Notes under the pieces: model-generated
What the model was told of the DNA's origin: nothing
The model's database searches: none
What the model saw: only the letters and a program-made list of their open reading frames with translations
Assembly (NCBI GenBank): GCA_950072105.1
Contig: CATMOE010000007.1
Span: 1 to 64,000 of the forward strand
Source of the DNA: an uncultured Dehalococcoidia bacterium
Lineage (GTDB): Bacteria > Chloroflexota > Dehalococcoidia > Lucifugimonadales > UBA3495
Length of the DNA: 64,000 nt
Direction: 5' to 3'
Translations under genes and position numbers: made by a program
Part shown: in pieces, positions 49,813 to 59,214 of the stretch
Numbering within the stretch: the first letter of the stretch is position 1
Layout of the letters: every line of letters starts with the position of its first letter

Positions 49813-50166
49813 TTGAGGAACCCGATTATGGGCGCGATCAGTTTCCTTTTGAAATACCATTGTCTGGACAAATGCCGTTCGCCGTTCAGTTTTATTGCGG
49901 GACACTGGTCCGGTGGGAACGAGGCAGTCCAGGCCGTACGCCTAGGGGCGGATCACGGTTTATTTTGCGTTGGTTGCTGCTGCTCCTTGATGCTACTGAT
50001 GTTCGGCGTGGGCGCGGGCAACATCGGCTGGATGCTGGTGTTGGGGTCGGTCATGGCCTTGGAGAAGAATATGCCTTGGGGAAGGCGGCTCAGTAAACCT
50101 TTGGGGGTGACCCTGATCGTTTGCGGAGCGATAGTGACCCTGGGCTATGGCTCCTTGCCGGGCTAA
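49813..50166 (+). pseudogene. C-terminal fragment of a DUF2182-type membrane protein
   Basis: LKYHCLDKCRSP...FCVGCCCSLM...ALEK; the N-terminal half is missing. Confidence 0.72.
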
Positions 50167-50339
50167 CAGTTACTTTGAGCCACGGATCACCTTCCCTCGA
50201 TGATTATCCAGCGGCAACACGGCCATGTACTTGCTGCCCACTTCCCCGGCCAGCTCCATCGGCTTGGCAATGACGCCACCGATGGAGCTGGTTCTTTCGC
50301 GGAGGGAGTTACCGGGGACCTAACTCTTAATTTAAGGAT

Positions 50340-51278
50340 GTGGCGATGCGCATAGGTTTGCTACCCGGCGCCCGGCGGGACGCTATGAATCTTGCCGATA
50401 CGGTGCGGCAGGTGGTTCAGGCCGAAAATGACGGCTTTGACAGCGTTTGGTTCCCCCAGATGTCCGGCTTCGGCTTTGACGCCCTGACCATAATCTCCAT
50501 GGCAGGCGTGCAGACGGAACGGATCGAACTGGGCACGGCGGTGATTCCCACCTTTCCCACCCACCCTCTGGCCATGGCCAAGCAAGCCCTCACGGCCCAG
50601 GTAGCTTGCGGTGGCCGATTGACGCTGGGCTTGGGCCTGTCCCATAAACCCTCTATCGAGGGCACGATGGGTCTTTCCTACCAACACCCCTTACGGCACA
50701 TGCGCGAATATCTGACAGTGGTACGCTCCCTCGTAGATGACGGCTCGGTCGACTTCGATGGGCAGGTGTTTCAGGTCAAGTCCGATATCAACGTTCCGGG
50801 GTCGTCGCCGTTTCCCATCGTGACCGCCGCTTTAGCGCCCCGAATGTTGCGCTTGGCTGGAGAGATGGCCGACGGCACGGTGACCTGGATGGCCGGGGTG
50901 AAGGCCATCGGATCTCATGTTGTTCCACGCATCCGGGAGGCCGCCGAGGCGGCAGGCCGTCCCAGACCCCGGGTGATAGCATCCCTTCCGTTGGCCGTGA
51001 CCGACGACCCGTCCGAGGCCAGGGAGCGAGCCGCCAGAACTTATAACCGCTACGGTCAGTTGGCCAACTACCGGAGACTCCTAGATATCGAGGGTGTCGA
51101 AGGGCCATCAGAGGTGACGGTCATCGGAAACGAGTCTCAGGTGGAGCAACAGTTGCGGGACTTTGCCAGCGCCGGCGCCACCGACTTCGTAGCGTCGATA
51201 CTGCCGGTGACCCGTGATCGTGAGGCATCGGCGGTCCGCACCATGGAGTTTCTGCGCAGCATGGTGGGCCGCATCTAG
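50340..51278 (+). CDS. LLM class, probably F420-dependent, oxidoreductase
   Basis: GFDSVW, ELGTAVIPT, GRLTLGLGLSH and AALAPRML.LAGEMADG motifs. Confidence 0.9.
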   Translation: MAMRIGLLPGARRDAMNLADTVRQVVQAENDGFDSVWFPQMSGFGFDALTIISMAGVQTERIELGTAVIPTFPTHPLAMAKQALTAQVACGGRLTLGLGLSHKPSIEGTMGLSYQHPLRHMREYLTVVRSLVDDGSVDFDGQVFQVKSDINVPGSSPFPIVTAALAPRMLRLAGEMADGTVTWMAGVKAIGSHVVPRIREAAEAAGRPRPRVIASLPLAVTDDPSEARERAARTYNRYGQLANYRRLLDIEGVEGPSEVTVIGNESQVEQQLRDFASAGATDFVASILPVTRDREASAVRTMEFLRSMVGRI

Positions 51279-51300
51279 CCGGCTGGCGGCTATCGCCCGA

Positions 51301-51329
51301 TTGACACGGCAGGTACCCCTGTCTACAAT
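51301..51329 (+). promoter_or_regulatory. Near-consensus sigma70 promoter for the VOC gene
   Basis: TTGACA-N17-TACAAT, 87 nt before ATG 51416. Confidence 0.65.
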
Positions 51330-51415
51330 CCGAACCAACACCATCGAGGCCAGCGTGCCTCTATATCTGGAGGGACATCAGTAAATTTTCCAAGGACCAA
51401 AATAGAGGAGGAGTT

Positions 51416-51853
51416 ATGGCAAGGATCAAACATATCGCATTAGCCACCGAGGACCCGGCCAAGACGGCCGCTTTCTACATGCAGAGCTTTGGACTCCAAG
51501 AACTGCGTCGAGAGCCCGCTGACACCGGGGCGGACGGCGTCTGGCTCAGCGACGGCTATATCTACTTTGCGATTTTGAAGGTTGGCAACCCCGACGTTTC
51601 TACAACCTTGCCTCCCGGAGCTACCGGCACTGTGGACCACATAGGATTTTACGTGGACGATTTGGAAGAGTCCTGCGAGGCTGTAGAGAAAGCCGGGTCC
51701 GTTAAGTGCGACAACAGCAGCGAGCAGAACCGCAAGTATGCCGACCCCGATGGCATCATGCTGGACATCCGATATCGAGGATGGGACGAGCAGATCGGCG
51801 CTAGGACCCAGCTTTATGAGCTGACCCCGGCCAAGACTCCCGCCCAGACTTAG
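51416..51853 (+). CDS. VOC family protein
   Basis: IKHIAL, DHIGFYV and DPDGIMLDI motifs; AGGAGG RBS. Confidence 0.9.
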   Translation: MARIKHIALATEDPAKTAAFYMQSFGLQELRREPADTGADGVWLSDGYIYFAILKVGNPDVSTTLPPGATGTVDHIGFYVDDLEESCEAVEKAGSVKCDNSSEQNRKYADPDGIMLDIRYRGWDEQIGARTQLYELTPAKTPAQT

Positions 51854-51883
51854 CCACATATAGCTGCTAGATCGCTATGAATC

Positions 51884-51919
51884 AAGGCCCCGTCCCGATC
51901 ACGTTGGGACGGGGCTTTA
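51884..51919 (+). terminator. Intrinsic terminator-like hairpin after the VOC gene
   Basis: AAGGCCCCGTCCCGA-TCACG-TTGGGACGGGGCTTTA. Confidence 0.7.
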
Positions 51920-51967
51920 TGCTGGGATGCTGGTTCGCAGATGGAATGGGTATTTCTTTGGCCGTCC

Positions 51968-52067
51968 CACCCCGATCCTAATCTTCCCCCAACAAGGAGG
52001 AAGGGATTGGGCTCTCGAAATTGCAATTACTGCCTGTCATTCCGAGGAGAGTAGCGACGAGGAACCT
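51968..52067. repeat. Adjacent family E (51968-52010) and family D half (52035-52067) repeats
   Basis: Similar to 44241-44282 (reverse complement) and to the 13283 and 42379 arms. Confidence 0.68.
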
Positions 52068-52634
52068 ACACCCGCCCAAATGGAGATGCTGGTGGAAGGG
52101 GAGGCGCTGGAGGTCCTGGTGGAGGTGACTACTTTGAGCTACCGCCTTCGGCTGGCACCTGGCTAGCCTAATTTTGAGTGTCGGGATTGGTGACAGTTAT
52201 GGGGACGTCCAGGGCAAATGGGCTACCCCAAAGGATCGACTTGAGCAGAGACAGGTGAATCTGGGCTTTTAGGCTTAGCAATGGAGCGGTTACACCATGA
52301 GAGTGGGGTAATTGAGCGTATTGCAGAGCAGTTGATGTGCTCAGGGTGTCATCTTATACTCCGAGGCATCCCAGAGGGCCACGGATTCAGGGCAGTCACG
52401 TTCATCTGGGGAACATCGGTTTAGTGTTAGAGGATCATACTTACGAGAGTGATGTGTCAAGGGGCTCGCCTTTGGAGGTTGCTCTCGCCGATCACCGGCC
52501 CAAACAAGCGACCAAAATTGTGATGGGAGGAGAGGATCCAAGATGAGACGCTTTGAGATGGCGATCGCGTTACGAACTCTGATGGTTTTCCTGTTGCTAC
52601 CTGAGGCATATGCTGACGCGGCAACCATTTGCCG

Positions 52635-52760
52635 GGGCATGACGGTTCGGTAAGGATAAGTCACATCCTTCCGGCCGATGTCGACAAGGGCGGGACGGCG
52701 GATATTCTCTGTGAGATTAAGCAAATCAAAGTAGGCCATGGTTTCCTGCATAGCCTGTTG
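52635..52760 (-). pseudogene. Possible remnant of an acetylxylan esterase/cephalosporin C deacetylase C-terminus
   Basis: QETMAYFDLLNLTENIRRPALVDIGRKDVTYP resembles ETL.YFD..N.A..I..P.L..VG..D..CP. Confidence 0.45.
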
Positions 52761-53022
52761 TAGTGCTGTGTACTGAGCGCTGGGCGATGTAGACGTACCG
52801 ATCAAGGACAGGGTGGGTAGTTTTATCGATCGCCCCCGGGTTAGATACGTGGGATTGGTTCTCGGCTGCAGGCACCCGGCGGCGCGTGTCCAGCGAGGTG
52901 GTCGCCAGGGTAAATCCACGGTTGTTCATTAGGGGGTGCATATGTAGATAAGTGGCACCAGAGTAGGAGTCACCGCCCCACCAATCTAGAATCCATAAAC
53001 AAACTAGGAGGGAGCCAAGAAA

Positions 53023-53648
53023 ATGCGAATTCACAACACCATTACAAAGGCGTATCGAGCCATCCCCGGTACGATGCTGTTGGTAGCAGCGGTGTTGGTA
53101 AGTTTAATCATCGCCATCTCCGCATCCGCCGGCCCCATCTCCGTGGCCTCCGCCGGCCAAGAGAAGGTGACTGTGTGCCACTTGCCGGGAACCCCTGCGG
53201 AGGTGACTTTGGAGATACCGGTCCCCGCGGTCCCCGCACACATGGCACACGGGGACGCTGTGGGCGCGTGTCCAGATGGTCAACAGGCCTCGGGGTGCAG
53301 CGACCTCAACGCAGTGGTGCCGGCCGCCCACGTCCCAGGGCAAAACTATGCCTTCTCCGTAATCGGTCTACAGTTCAACCCCGGGGAGAAAATTCATGCG
53401 GATATAACCGTGGAGGTCCCGAGTGGAGGGGCCATCACTTTGGTGAAAGTGACAGTGTTGAACGGTACGGGTATACCTATCGCGGGAGCGAGCAGGCAGG
53501 TGCTGAGCGGCCCAATCACCGTAATGGTCGACCACGTGGTCGTCGCGGGTGACGACACGGACGGGTACGATTCTTCACCGCGCAGTCCATTACCAAACCA
53601 CGGAATCAGATCGTGACAGGGGTAAAGATCAGTTGTAGTCCTGCGTGA
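53023..53648 (+). pseudogene. Secreted protein with a KVTVCH...AHMAHGD..GAC module; probable one-base deletion at GGG 53563-53565
   Basis: Signal peptide; adding one G gives DTDGVRFFTAQS...VKISCSPA*, supplying a partner Cys for GCSDLN. Confidence 0.6.
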
Positions 53649-54449
53649 CCAGATGGGGATCGCCACCACGAAAGGCCGTGCCGCATTCCCGGCCCAAGGT
53701 GCTGCCCGGAGCCAAGACACCTTGTCCGACTGGGGCGCGGGTCACGAATGGGGCCTCTGCCGGGGGGAGCCTGCCCCCGCACCCGGGAATCATCAAGGGA
53801 GGGTAGGGGCCGTGCGCTGTAGCCGTGAGGTCGGGAGCGAATCGGGGGGGAGGCGGCCCGGCCGCCGACCCAGCCCCAAGGTCCGCTCATCTCGTTAGAC
53901 GGTTCCCAGAATTTATGCAGAGAGCATCAAACCCCCCAGCAGGTATTGAGCCACTTTCAAGCACTTCTACACCAAGGGGCACTCCGGCTCTAACCCATCT
54001 CCACCAGAGTCGTACGTATTCCCCGATGCGGATCGCACCCACACCTTGCTCATAAAGCCGGTCATACGGTTTGAAGAGAGAGTTTCGTCTGACGGGGTAG
54101 AGAGGGACAAGCCCATCTTGGTAGCGTTGGGCGATCCCCCTTTTACTCGGTTAGCTCAACGAACCTTACGTTAGATCAGGCAGTCCTATCCGGCAGGGTT
54201 CCCTTCATCAACATGCTGTTGCGCGATTTCTCTCAAGGCGTCCATGTTCGCATCTAACCACGCTGGTAAGGCGGCTGGTGGAGGTTCCTCTCTGTTGGCT
54301 ATACTCCGTAAATAATGTCGATAAATGGCAGCGAAGGTGCCTGGAATCGGATCTTGGCTGACTGCTTTTTGCCCTCTCAACTGGTGATGCTCTCTTGAAT
54401 GCACCCGCGCCAACTCCAGCACTTCTGTGGATGTGGGAAGGCGGAACCC

Positions 54450-54545
54450 AGATTTCTCTCTTTCCGCCGAAGGATCGGAATGATAAAGGCTAGGGTCGGC
54501 TTGACGGTTGGGTCGGCATGACAGTTGGGGCGGCCGGAATGACAG
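54450..54545. repeat. Family D right arms in tandem
   Basis: AGATTTCTCTCTTTCCGCCGAAGGATCGGAATGATA ... CCGGAATGACA. Confidence 0.65.
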
Positions 54546-54603
54546 TGGCCGCTTTTACCTAAATCAAGCGCTGGCAAGTCCCGCAATAATCATTGAACGT
54601 GCA

Positions 54604-55146
54604 CTAGAAAAAGTTGCTCAGGTTTTTTGCCAGAAGGACGTTTTGGTCGAAGACGATTTTCCGGCTGGCTATCTTCCAGGCCCCGTCCACGTTGCGCAGC
54701 ACGTCTTCCCGGCTGCCCACGTAGAAATTCTCCTCGGTCTCCGCCCTGGTCCGGTACATGATGAAGTTCGAGTAGACCTTGATCTCAGACTCCCGCTCCC
54801 CTGGCTCTACCTCAACGTTGGAGATGAAGTGCCGGGTCCGGGACGGCGGGTCTTCAGCCCAGGCCATCCCCGTGTCCAACCGGTCTACCCGCCGGCTCAA
54901 GGAGTCCTTGTCCTCGTCCATGAACGCCAGATCGCCCTCTTTGGACACGTCTTCTTCCTCGTAGCGGGAGCCGTCCAGGATGGAGATCGACTTGCTAGTG
55001 GCGGCGTAGCGGTTGGAGCGCATGGGTATCCAGTAGCGGATGTCGTCGGTCAACAACTCCAACCATTGATGGAACTGCCGGTTGTCCAGGAGCCGGGCCT
55101 CACGATACAAGAATTGTTCCACTTGGCGAAGCACATCGTCGAGCAT
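54604..55146 (-). CDS. Aromatic ring-hydroxylating dioxygenase beta subunit
   Basis: FLYREARLLD, YWIP, WAEDPPSRTRH and REDVLR motifs. Confidence 0.95.
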   Translation of the reverse strand: MLDDVLRQVEQFLYREARLLDNRQFHQWLELLTDDIRYWIPMRSNRYAATSKSISILDGSRYEEEDVSKEGDLAFMDEDKDSLSRRVDRLDTGMAWAEDPPSRTRHFISNVEVEPGERESEIKVYSNFIMYRTRAETEENFYVGSREDVLRNVDGAWKIASRKIVFDQNVLLAKNLSNFF

Positions 55147-55186
55147 GACTTACCACTTCCTTACAGAAATCAGTACTGCCACTCCA

Positions 55187-55251
55187 GCTCGTGGTGAGCC
55201 TGTCTAACCATCCTTCGAGGGAACGCCCTTCGACAAGCTCAGGGCGAACGG
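55187..55251. repeat. REP-like pair, family C
   Basis: CTCGTGGTGAGCCTGTCTAACCA ... GCCCTTCGACAAGCTCAGGGCGAACGG. Confidence 0.8.
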
Positions 55252-55270
55252 GTGGCCGTAACATGGATAT

Positions 55271-55477
55271 CTAGATCTTGGTACTAACCGGAGGTCCTTG
55301 AAGGTCTGTCCAGCTTTCGGCGGCCATGAGTTGGTCCCTACGACGGTCGAAGCTCCGATGGTTGCTCTCGCTGATCTTGAAGTCGCTGGCCCAGGCGTTG
55401 AGGTCTGGGTCGAAGCCTTCGTGGCGGCTGAGCAGTCCCTGGTCGGCTTCCACCAGTCCCTTAACGTCGATAGCCAC
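55271..55477 (-). pseudogene. Ring-hydroxylating dioxygenase alpha subunit reduced to its fused N- and C-termini
   Basis: AGGAGG RBS; MAIDVKGLVEADQGLLSR joined to HEGFD...SESNHRSF.RR..QLM; sits directly upstream of the beta subunit. Confidence 0.75.
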
Positions 55478-55492
55478 GGCTCTCCTCCTTAA

Positions 55493-55532
55493 CGAAATCC
55501 CCCTGAATCCCCCTTTACGAAAGGGGGACTTT
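55493..55532. repeat. REP-like palindrome, family A
   Basis: CGAAATCCCCCTGAATCCCCCTTTACGAAAGGGGGACTTT. Confidence 0.78.
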
Positions 55533-55597
55533 CTTATGGGCCTTGATGATTGCCGAAGTATCGTTGCATGGACCAGGTTTGATGGCCCAGCTCAGCT

Positions 55598-56557
55598 CTA
55601 AAGATGGTGGCTGCTGGGGTGGAACAGGTCTTCAACTTCAAGGCGGCTGTCGATCAAACCCTGGTCGAGTTCGTACTGGATGAACCGCTCCAGGTTGCTC
55701 CGGTTTTGCTCCAGCCCGTTGGGCCAAGGGTCGCCGCCCATGATTAACTGCTCTTCTTGGGCCAGTTGAGGCGCCCAAGCTAGGCTGCTCCAGTTGGGGT
55801 CGTCGTAGAAGCGGCAGGCCATTTCCTTGGCTTGCTCAAAGGCGTTAAATAGGGCGCTGGCAGCCTCGGGGTGCTGATCGGCAACCTCTTTTTTTATGGC
55901 CACCAGGTGCATGATGGGGTAAAACCCGTTGCGTTGGAAATAGAAAATCTCTTCGGCCCGGGAGTCCTGAAAAAGCCGGGAAACTTCGGGCGCTCCGGCG
56001 ACGAAGGGGCGGGGCATTCTGGGCACCATATAGGCATCGATCTCGCCTTCCACCAGCATCTCTTCGATGTCGCTGCCTAGCGGAGCCCGTTCTATGGAAA
56101 CGCCGGCGGGCGGCTGGAAAGATACGGGTTCGCCAGTACTGGTTACCCAGTTAACTTGGTCCAATGGAACGCCGTATTCGTGCTGCAAGTCTCCCTTGGC
56201 CAGCACCGACAGGGTGGTCTGGAAACTGCGCAGGCCCACCCGCTTGCCGATAAGGTCCTGAGGCACGTTGATACCGGCGGCGGTATTTACGTACATCTGC
56301 GACTGGCTGAACAGGCGGCGCGGAAACACCGGGATGGCGGTGAGGGGAGCGCCCCGGGTGATCGCCATGATGTAGGAGGATAGGGAAAGCTCGGCGCAGT
56401 CCCACTCCAACCCGTCCAGCATCCGCTCGTGCCGGCCCGATTCCACGGTGACGTGCCGCACTTCAAGCTGGATACCCTCGGCGGTCACCGACCGGTCCAG
56501 CAGGGGAAGGTGGCGGTCGTAATGTTCCACCGCCAGAGTCAGCTTGGGTTCGGGCAT
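55598..56557 (-). CDS. 4,5-dihydroxyphthalate decarboxylase-like protein (periplasmic-binding-protein fold, no signal peptide)
   Basis: YDR..PL.D, ELSLSSY, IPVFP.R.F, YPIMH and DPWPNG motifs. Confidence 0.82.
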   Translation of the reverse strand: MPEPKLTLAVEHYDRHLPLLDRSVTAEGIQLEVRHVTVESGRHERMLDGLEWDCAELSLSSYIMAITRGAPLTAIPVFPRRLFSQSQMYVNTAAGINVPQDLIGKRVGLRSFQTTLSVLAKGDLQHEYGVPLDQVNWVTSTGEPVSFQPPAGVSIERAPLGSDIEEMLVEGEIDAYMVPRMPRPFVAGAPEVSRLFQDSRAEEIFYFQRNGFYPIMHLVAIKKEVADQHPEAASALFNAFEQAKEMACRFYDDPNWSSLAWAPQLAQEEQLIMGGDPWPNGLEQNRSNLERFIQYELDQGLIDSRLEVEDLFHPSSHHL

Positions 56558-56659
56558 CGATGGTTCTCCTTAATCTCGTTGGAAGGGGATACGCAGGCTT
56601 ATTTTAAACGGTGTGCCGGCGCTCCACCGGATGGCTCCTATAACGGACGTCCTGCCTGC

Positions 56660-57031
56660 TTATTCGGGAAATAAAAGCTGCAGGCGATGCCCGTCGGGGT
56701 CGTCGAAGTAGATGCAGTGATCGTCGCCGGGGCGGCCGGACACAGAAGTGCCATTGCTTTCCATGTATGCCTTCACTTCTTCGTAGGTACCCGACTCCAG
56801 TCGCAGCGCCATGTGGTTCATGTCGTCGCCCGGCTTGATCTCGGTGCCTTCGGCAACTTGGAACAAGGCGACCATTTGCCCGGCGCCGCACCAGAGAAAG
56901 GCACGGGTGGCGTCTTCGTGGTTGACGGTCATCCCCAGCACGTCTAGGTAGAATCTGCGCGACTTGGCCAAGTCCTTAACGTGCAACACCGTGTGGTCGA
57001 TGCCTTTGGTCTTGAGCTTGGTCTCTAGCAT
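56660..57031 (-). CDS. VOC family protein
   Basis: GGAGG RBS before ATG 57031; IDHTVLHV, NHMAL and YFDDPDGHRLQL motifs. Confidence 0.9.
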   Translation of the reverse strand: MLETKLKTKGIDHTVLHVKDLAKSRRFYLDVLGMTVNHEDATRAFLWCGAGQMVALFQVAEGTEIKPGDDMNHMALRLESGTYEEVKAYMESNGTSVSGRPGDDHCIYFDDPDGHRLQLLFPE

Positions 57032-57251
57032 TGTCCGCCTCCCGCATTTAGTGATTAGGTTGGATCGGCCATTGGCAACACCTGGATGTTGCGGCATGGA
57101 GCCGTGGCGGGCGAGACCAGGACGCCCGAATATCCCGGTTAGTATCACATCGCCGGAGCACCGTCAAGCGGTCCGGCGAAGAGCAGGCGCGGCAGTTCGG
57201 TACCCGCCGTCGTAAAAGACATCCTACGATTCGAGCTGGTTCAGTCCCTTT

Positions 57252-58490
57252 TCAGAAGGCCACCGGCAGGGAAATCAGGCTGCGGAACGACGGGTTGTAA
57301 CGCCATTCAATCTCGTCGCCGTTCAGCCGTAGGCCGGGCCAACGCTGCACAACGGCGTTGATGGTGATCTGCCCCTCAACGCGGGCGAGGGCGGAGCCTA
57401 GACAGAAGTGAGAGCCGAACCCAAATGACAGGTGGCGGTTGTCTTCTCGGGTAATGTCCAACCGGTCTGGGTCTGAGAACCGCTCTGGGTCCCGGTTCGC
57501 GGCGCCCACGATCATGGCGACCCGCTGGCCCTTGTCGATGCTCTGCCCGCCCAACTCCATGTCCTCCATGGCGATTCTTGCCGCGGATTGGATCGGGGAG
57601 TCGTAGAGTAAGAACTCCTCTATAGCGGTTTCTATCATTCCAGGATCGGCCTGCAATCTCTCTAGTTGGTCCCGGTTCTGCAGTAGGGCCAGCAGGCCGT
57701 TGCCGATAAGGTTGGTGGTGGTCTCGTGGCCGGCTATCATCAGCAAGATACACATGGAATATAGCTCGGCCTCGCTGAATTTGTCGCCCTCTTCCTCGGC
57801 AGCCACGAATGCGGATAGCAGGTCCTCTTGGGGCTCCAGACGGCGCTGAGATATGATTTCTCTGAGGTAGTCCGACAGCGCCAGCACGCTGTTTAGGGCT
57901 GATTCCGCCGTCTCGGCAACCATACGAATATTGCCCAGGAAAGCCGCCAGGGCGCTGCTCCATATCTTAAATTGCTCCCGGTCGGCGGCAGGCACCCCCA
58001 ACATCTCGGAAATGACGATGGCCGGCAAAGGATTGGCCAGGTCTTGTATCACATCAAACCGGCCATCTTGCCGGCCGTCTTTTTCAATGCCATCCAGCAG
58101 CTCATCAGTCGTGGCCTGCATGCTGGACCGCATCCGTTCGACTACCCTCAGGGTGAACGCTTTGTTGGCCAACTTTCGGAGACGCGTGTGGTCAGGAGGA
58201 TCGGACATCAACATCATATCCGAGAATATCTGGGTCAAAGGCTGGATCTTCTCAGCGGCATCCTCCGAAAGCCGTCCACTGAAAGCGCTGATCTGGGCCG
58301 AGGAGAGGCGCTGGTCACGGAACGCGGCTAGGACGTCGGTGTAACGGGTGAGTATCCAGCAGTTGATCCCTGCATTCCAATGTACCGGGTCCTCTTCCCG
58401 AAGCTGTTGATAACGTGGATAGGGGTTGGCGACGGTGGCGGGGTCCAGTTGTGAGGGTTCGCTCGTAACGGGCAGGCGTTGTTGTGCCAT
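57252..58490 (-). CDS. Cytochrome P450 (ExxR motif reads ExxL)
   Basis: DPPDHTRLR, AGHETT, ANRDP and heme motif FGFGSHFCLG. Confidence 0.95.
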   Translation of the reverse strand: MAQQRLPVTSEPSQLDPATVANPYPRYQQLREEDPVHWNAGINCWILTRYTDVLAAFRDQRLSSAQISAFSGRLSEDAAEKIQPLTQIFSDMMLMSDPPDHTRLRKLANKAFTLRVVERMRSSMQATTDELLDGIEKDGRQDGRFDVIQDLANPLPAIVISEMLGVPAADREQFKIWSSALAAFLGNIRMVAETAESALNSVLALSDYLREIISQRRLEPQEDLLSAFVAAEEEGDKFSEAELYSMCILLMIAGHETTTNLIGNGLLALLQNRDQLERLQADPGMIETAIEEFLLYDSPIQSAARIAMEDMELGGQSIDKGQRVAMIVGAANRDPERFSDPDRLDITREDNRHLSFGFGSHFCLGSALARVEGQITINAVVQRWPGLRLNGDEIEWRYNPSFRSLISLPVAF

Positions 58491-58633
58491 CAGTCCTTCC
58501 TCCTAACTTCCGTGATTATCCCGATCTGCCGTTGTATTCGCTCGCTGGGCATGACGGAGGAATAGTACGTCTGCCAGGAGTGATTGTCTACTACGCGATC
58601 GTACTTAATACGGGGAAATCGCCGTATCGAAAA

Positions 58634-59101
58634 TCAGATAATTGCGGGGTCCCAGTTCCAATCTACGGAAATCGACAGGGGCGTACATCCCAATGCCGTC
58701 ATTCCCTGGACCGCCGCATTCTCCAAAGACGATTGTTCTGGGCTGTGGAACAAGTGTCCCGGACAGCGGCAATCACTGGAACCGAACCGAGAAATCACTT
58801 GGCATCGTTGTTCCAGGCGGTGGGCCAGGGGACACTCCAACGAATCATCCGTATAGCCTATGACCGCGGCAGTGGGCTGTCCCAAGGGTAATAGGTAGTC
58901 AAGATGCCAGTGCGGGCGGTCGTGGGACCGCAGATGCCGGCGGACTCGCGCTTCTACTCCAGACTTTCCGGAGCCAACGTAGGCGTACCAGCCGGCTTGG
59001 AAAACAAGCTCACCCAGCCGTCCTACGGCCACCGCTACGTCACTGGACAGTTGGAAGATCAGGACGTAGATTCCTGGATTCCTTTTCTTGGTTTGAGTCA
59101 T
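58634..59101 (-). CDS. DUF123 / GIY-YIG (Uri) endonuclease family protein
   Basis: GIYVL, YAYVGS, RVRRH, HWHLDYL and FGSSDCRCPGHL motifs. Confidence 0.85.
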   Translation of the reverse strand: MTQTKKRNPGIYVLIFQLSSDVAVAVGRLGELVFQAGWYAYVGSGKSGVEARVRRHLRSHDRPHWHLDYLLPLGQPTAAVIGYTDDSLECPLAHRLEQRCQVISRFGSSDCRCPGHLFHSPEQSSLENAAVQGMTALGCTPLSISVDWNWDPAII

Positions 59102-59214
59102 ACCACCGCCGAGGTCTACCCACTCCCATTGCCGGTCCCATTATATGGCCTCCATGCGCTGGCACGGGAGTGCGTAGCGGGATAAGATATGGCCCAAGAC
59201 TAAGGAGGCGGCAA

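Noticed and set aside
53894..54188. Integron cassettes: RYYYAAC sites shortly after two minus-strand stops (53894-53900, 54170-54176)
   Set aside because: No matching GTTRRRY end or attC hairpin was found and there is no integrase; 7-mers of this kind occur by chance
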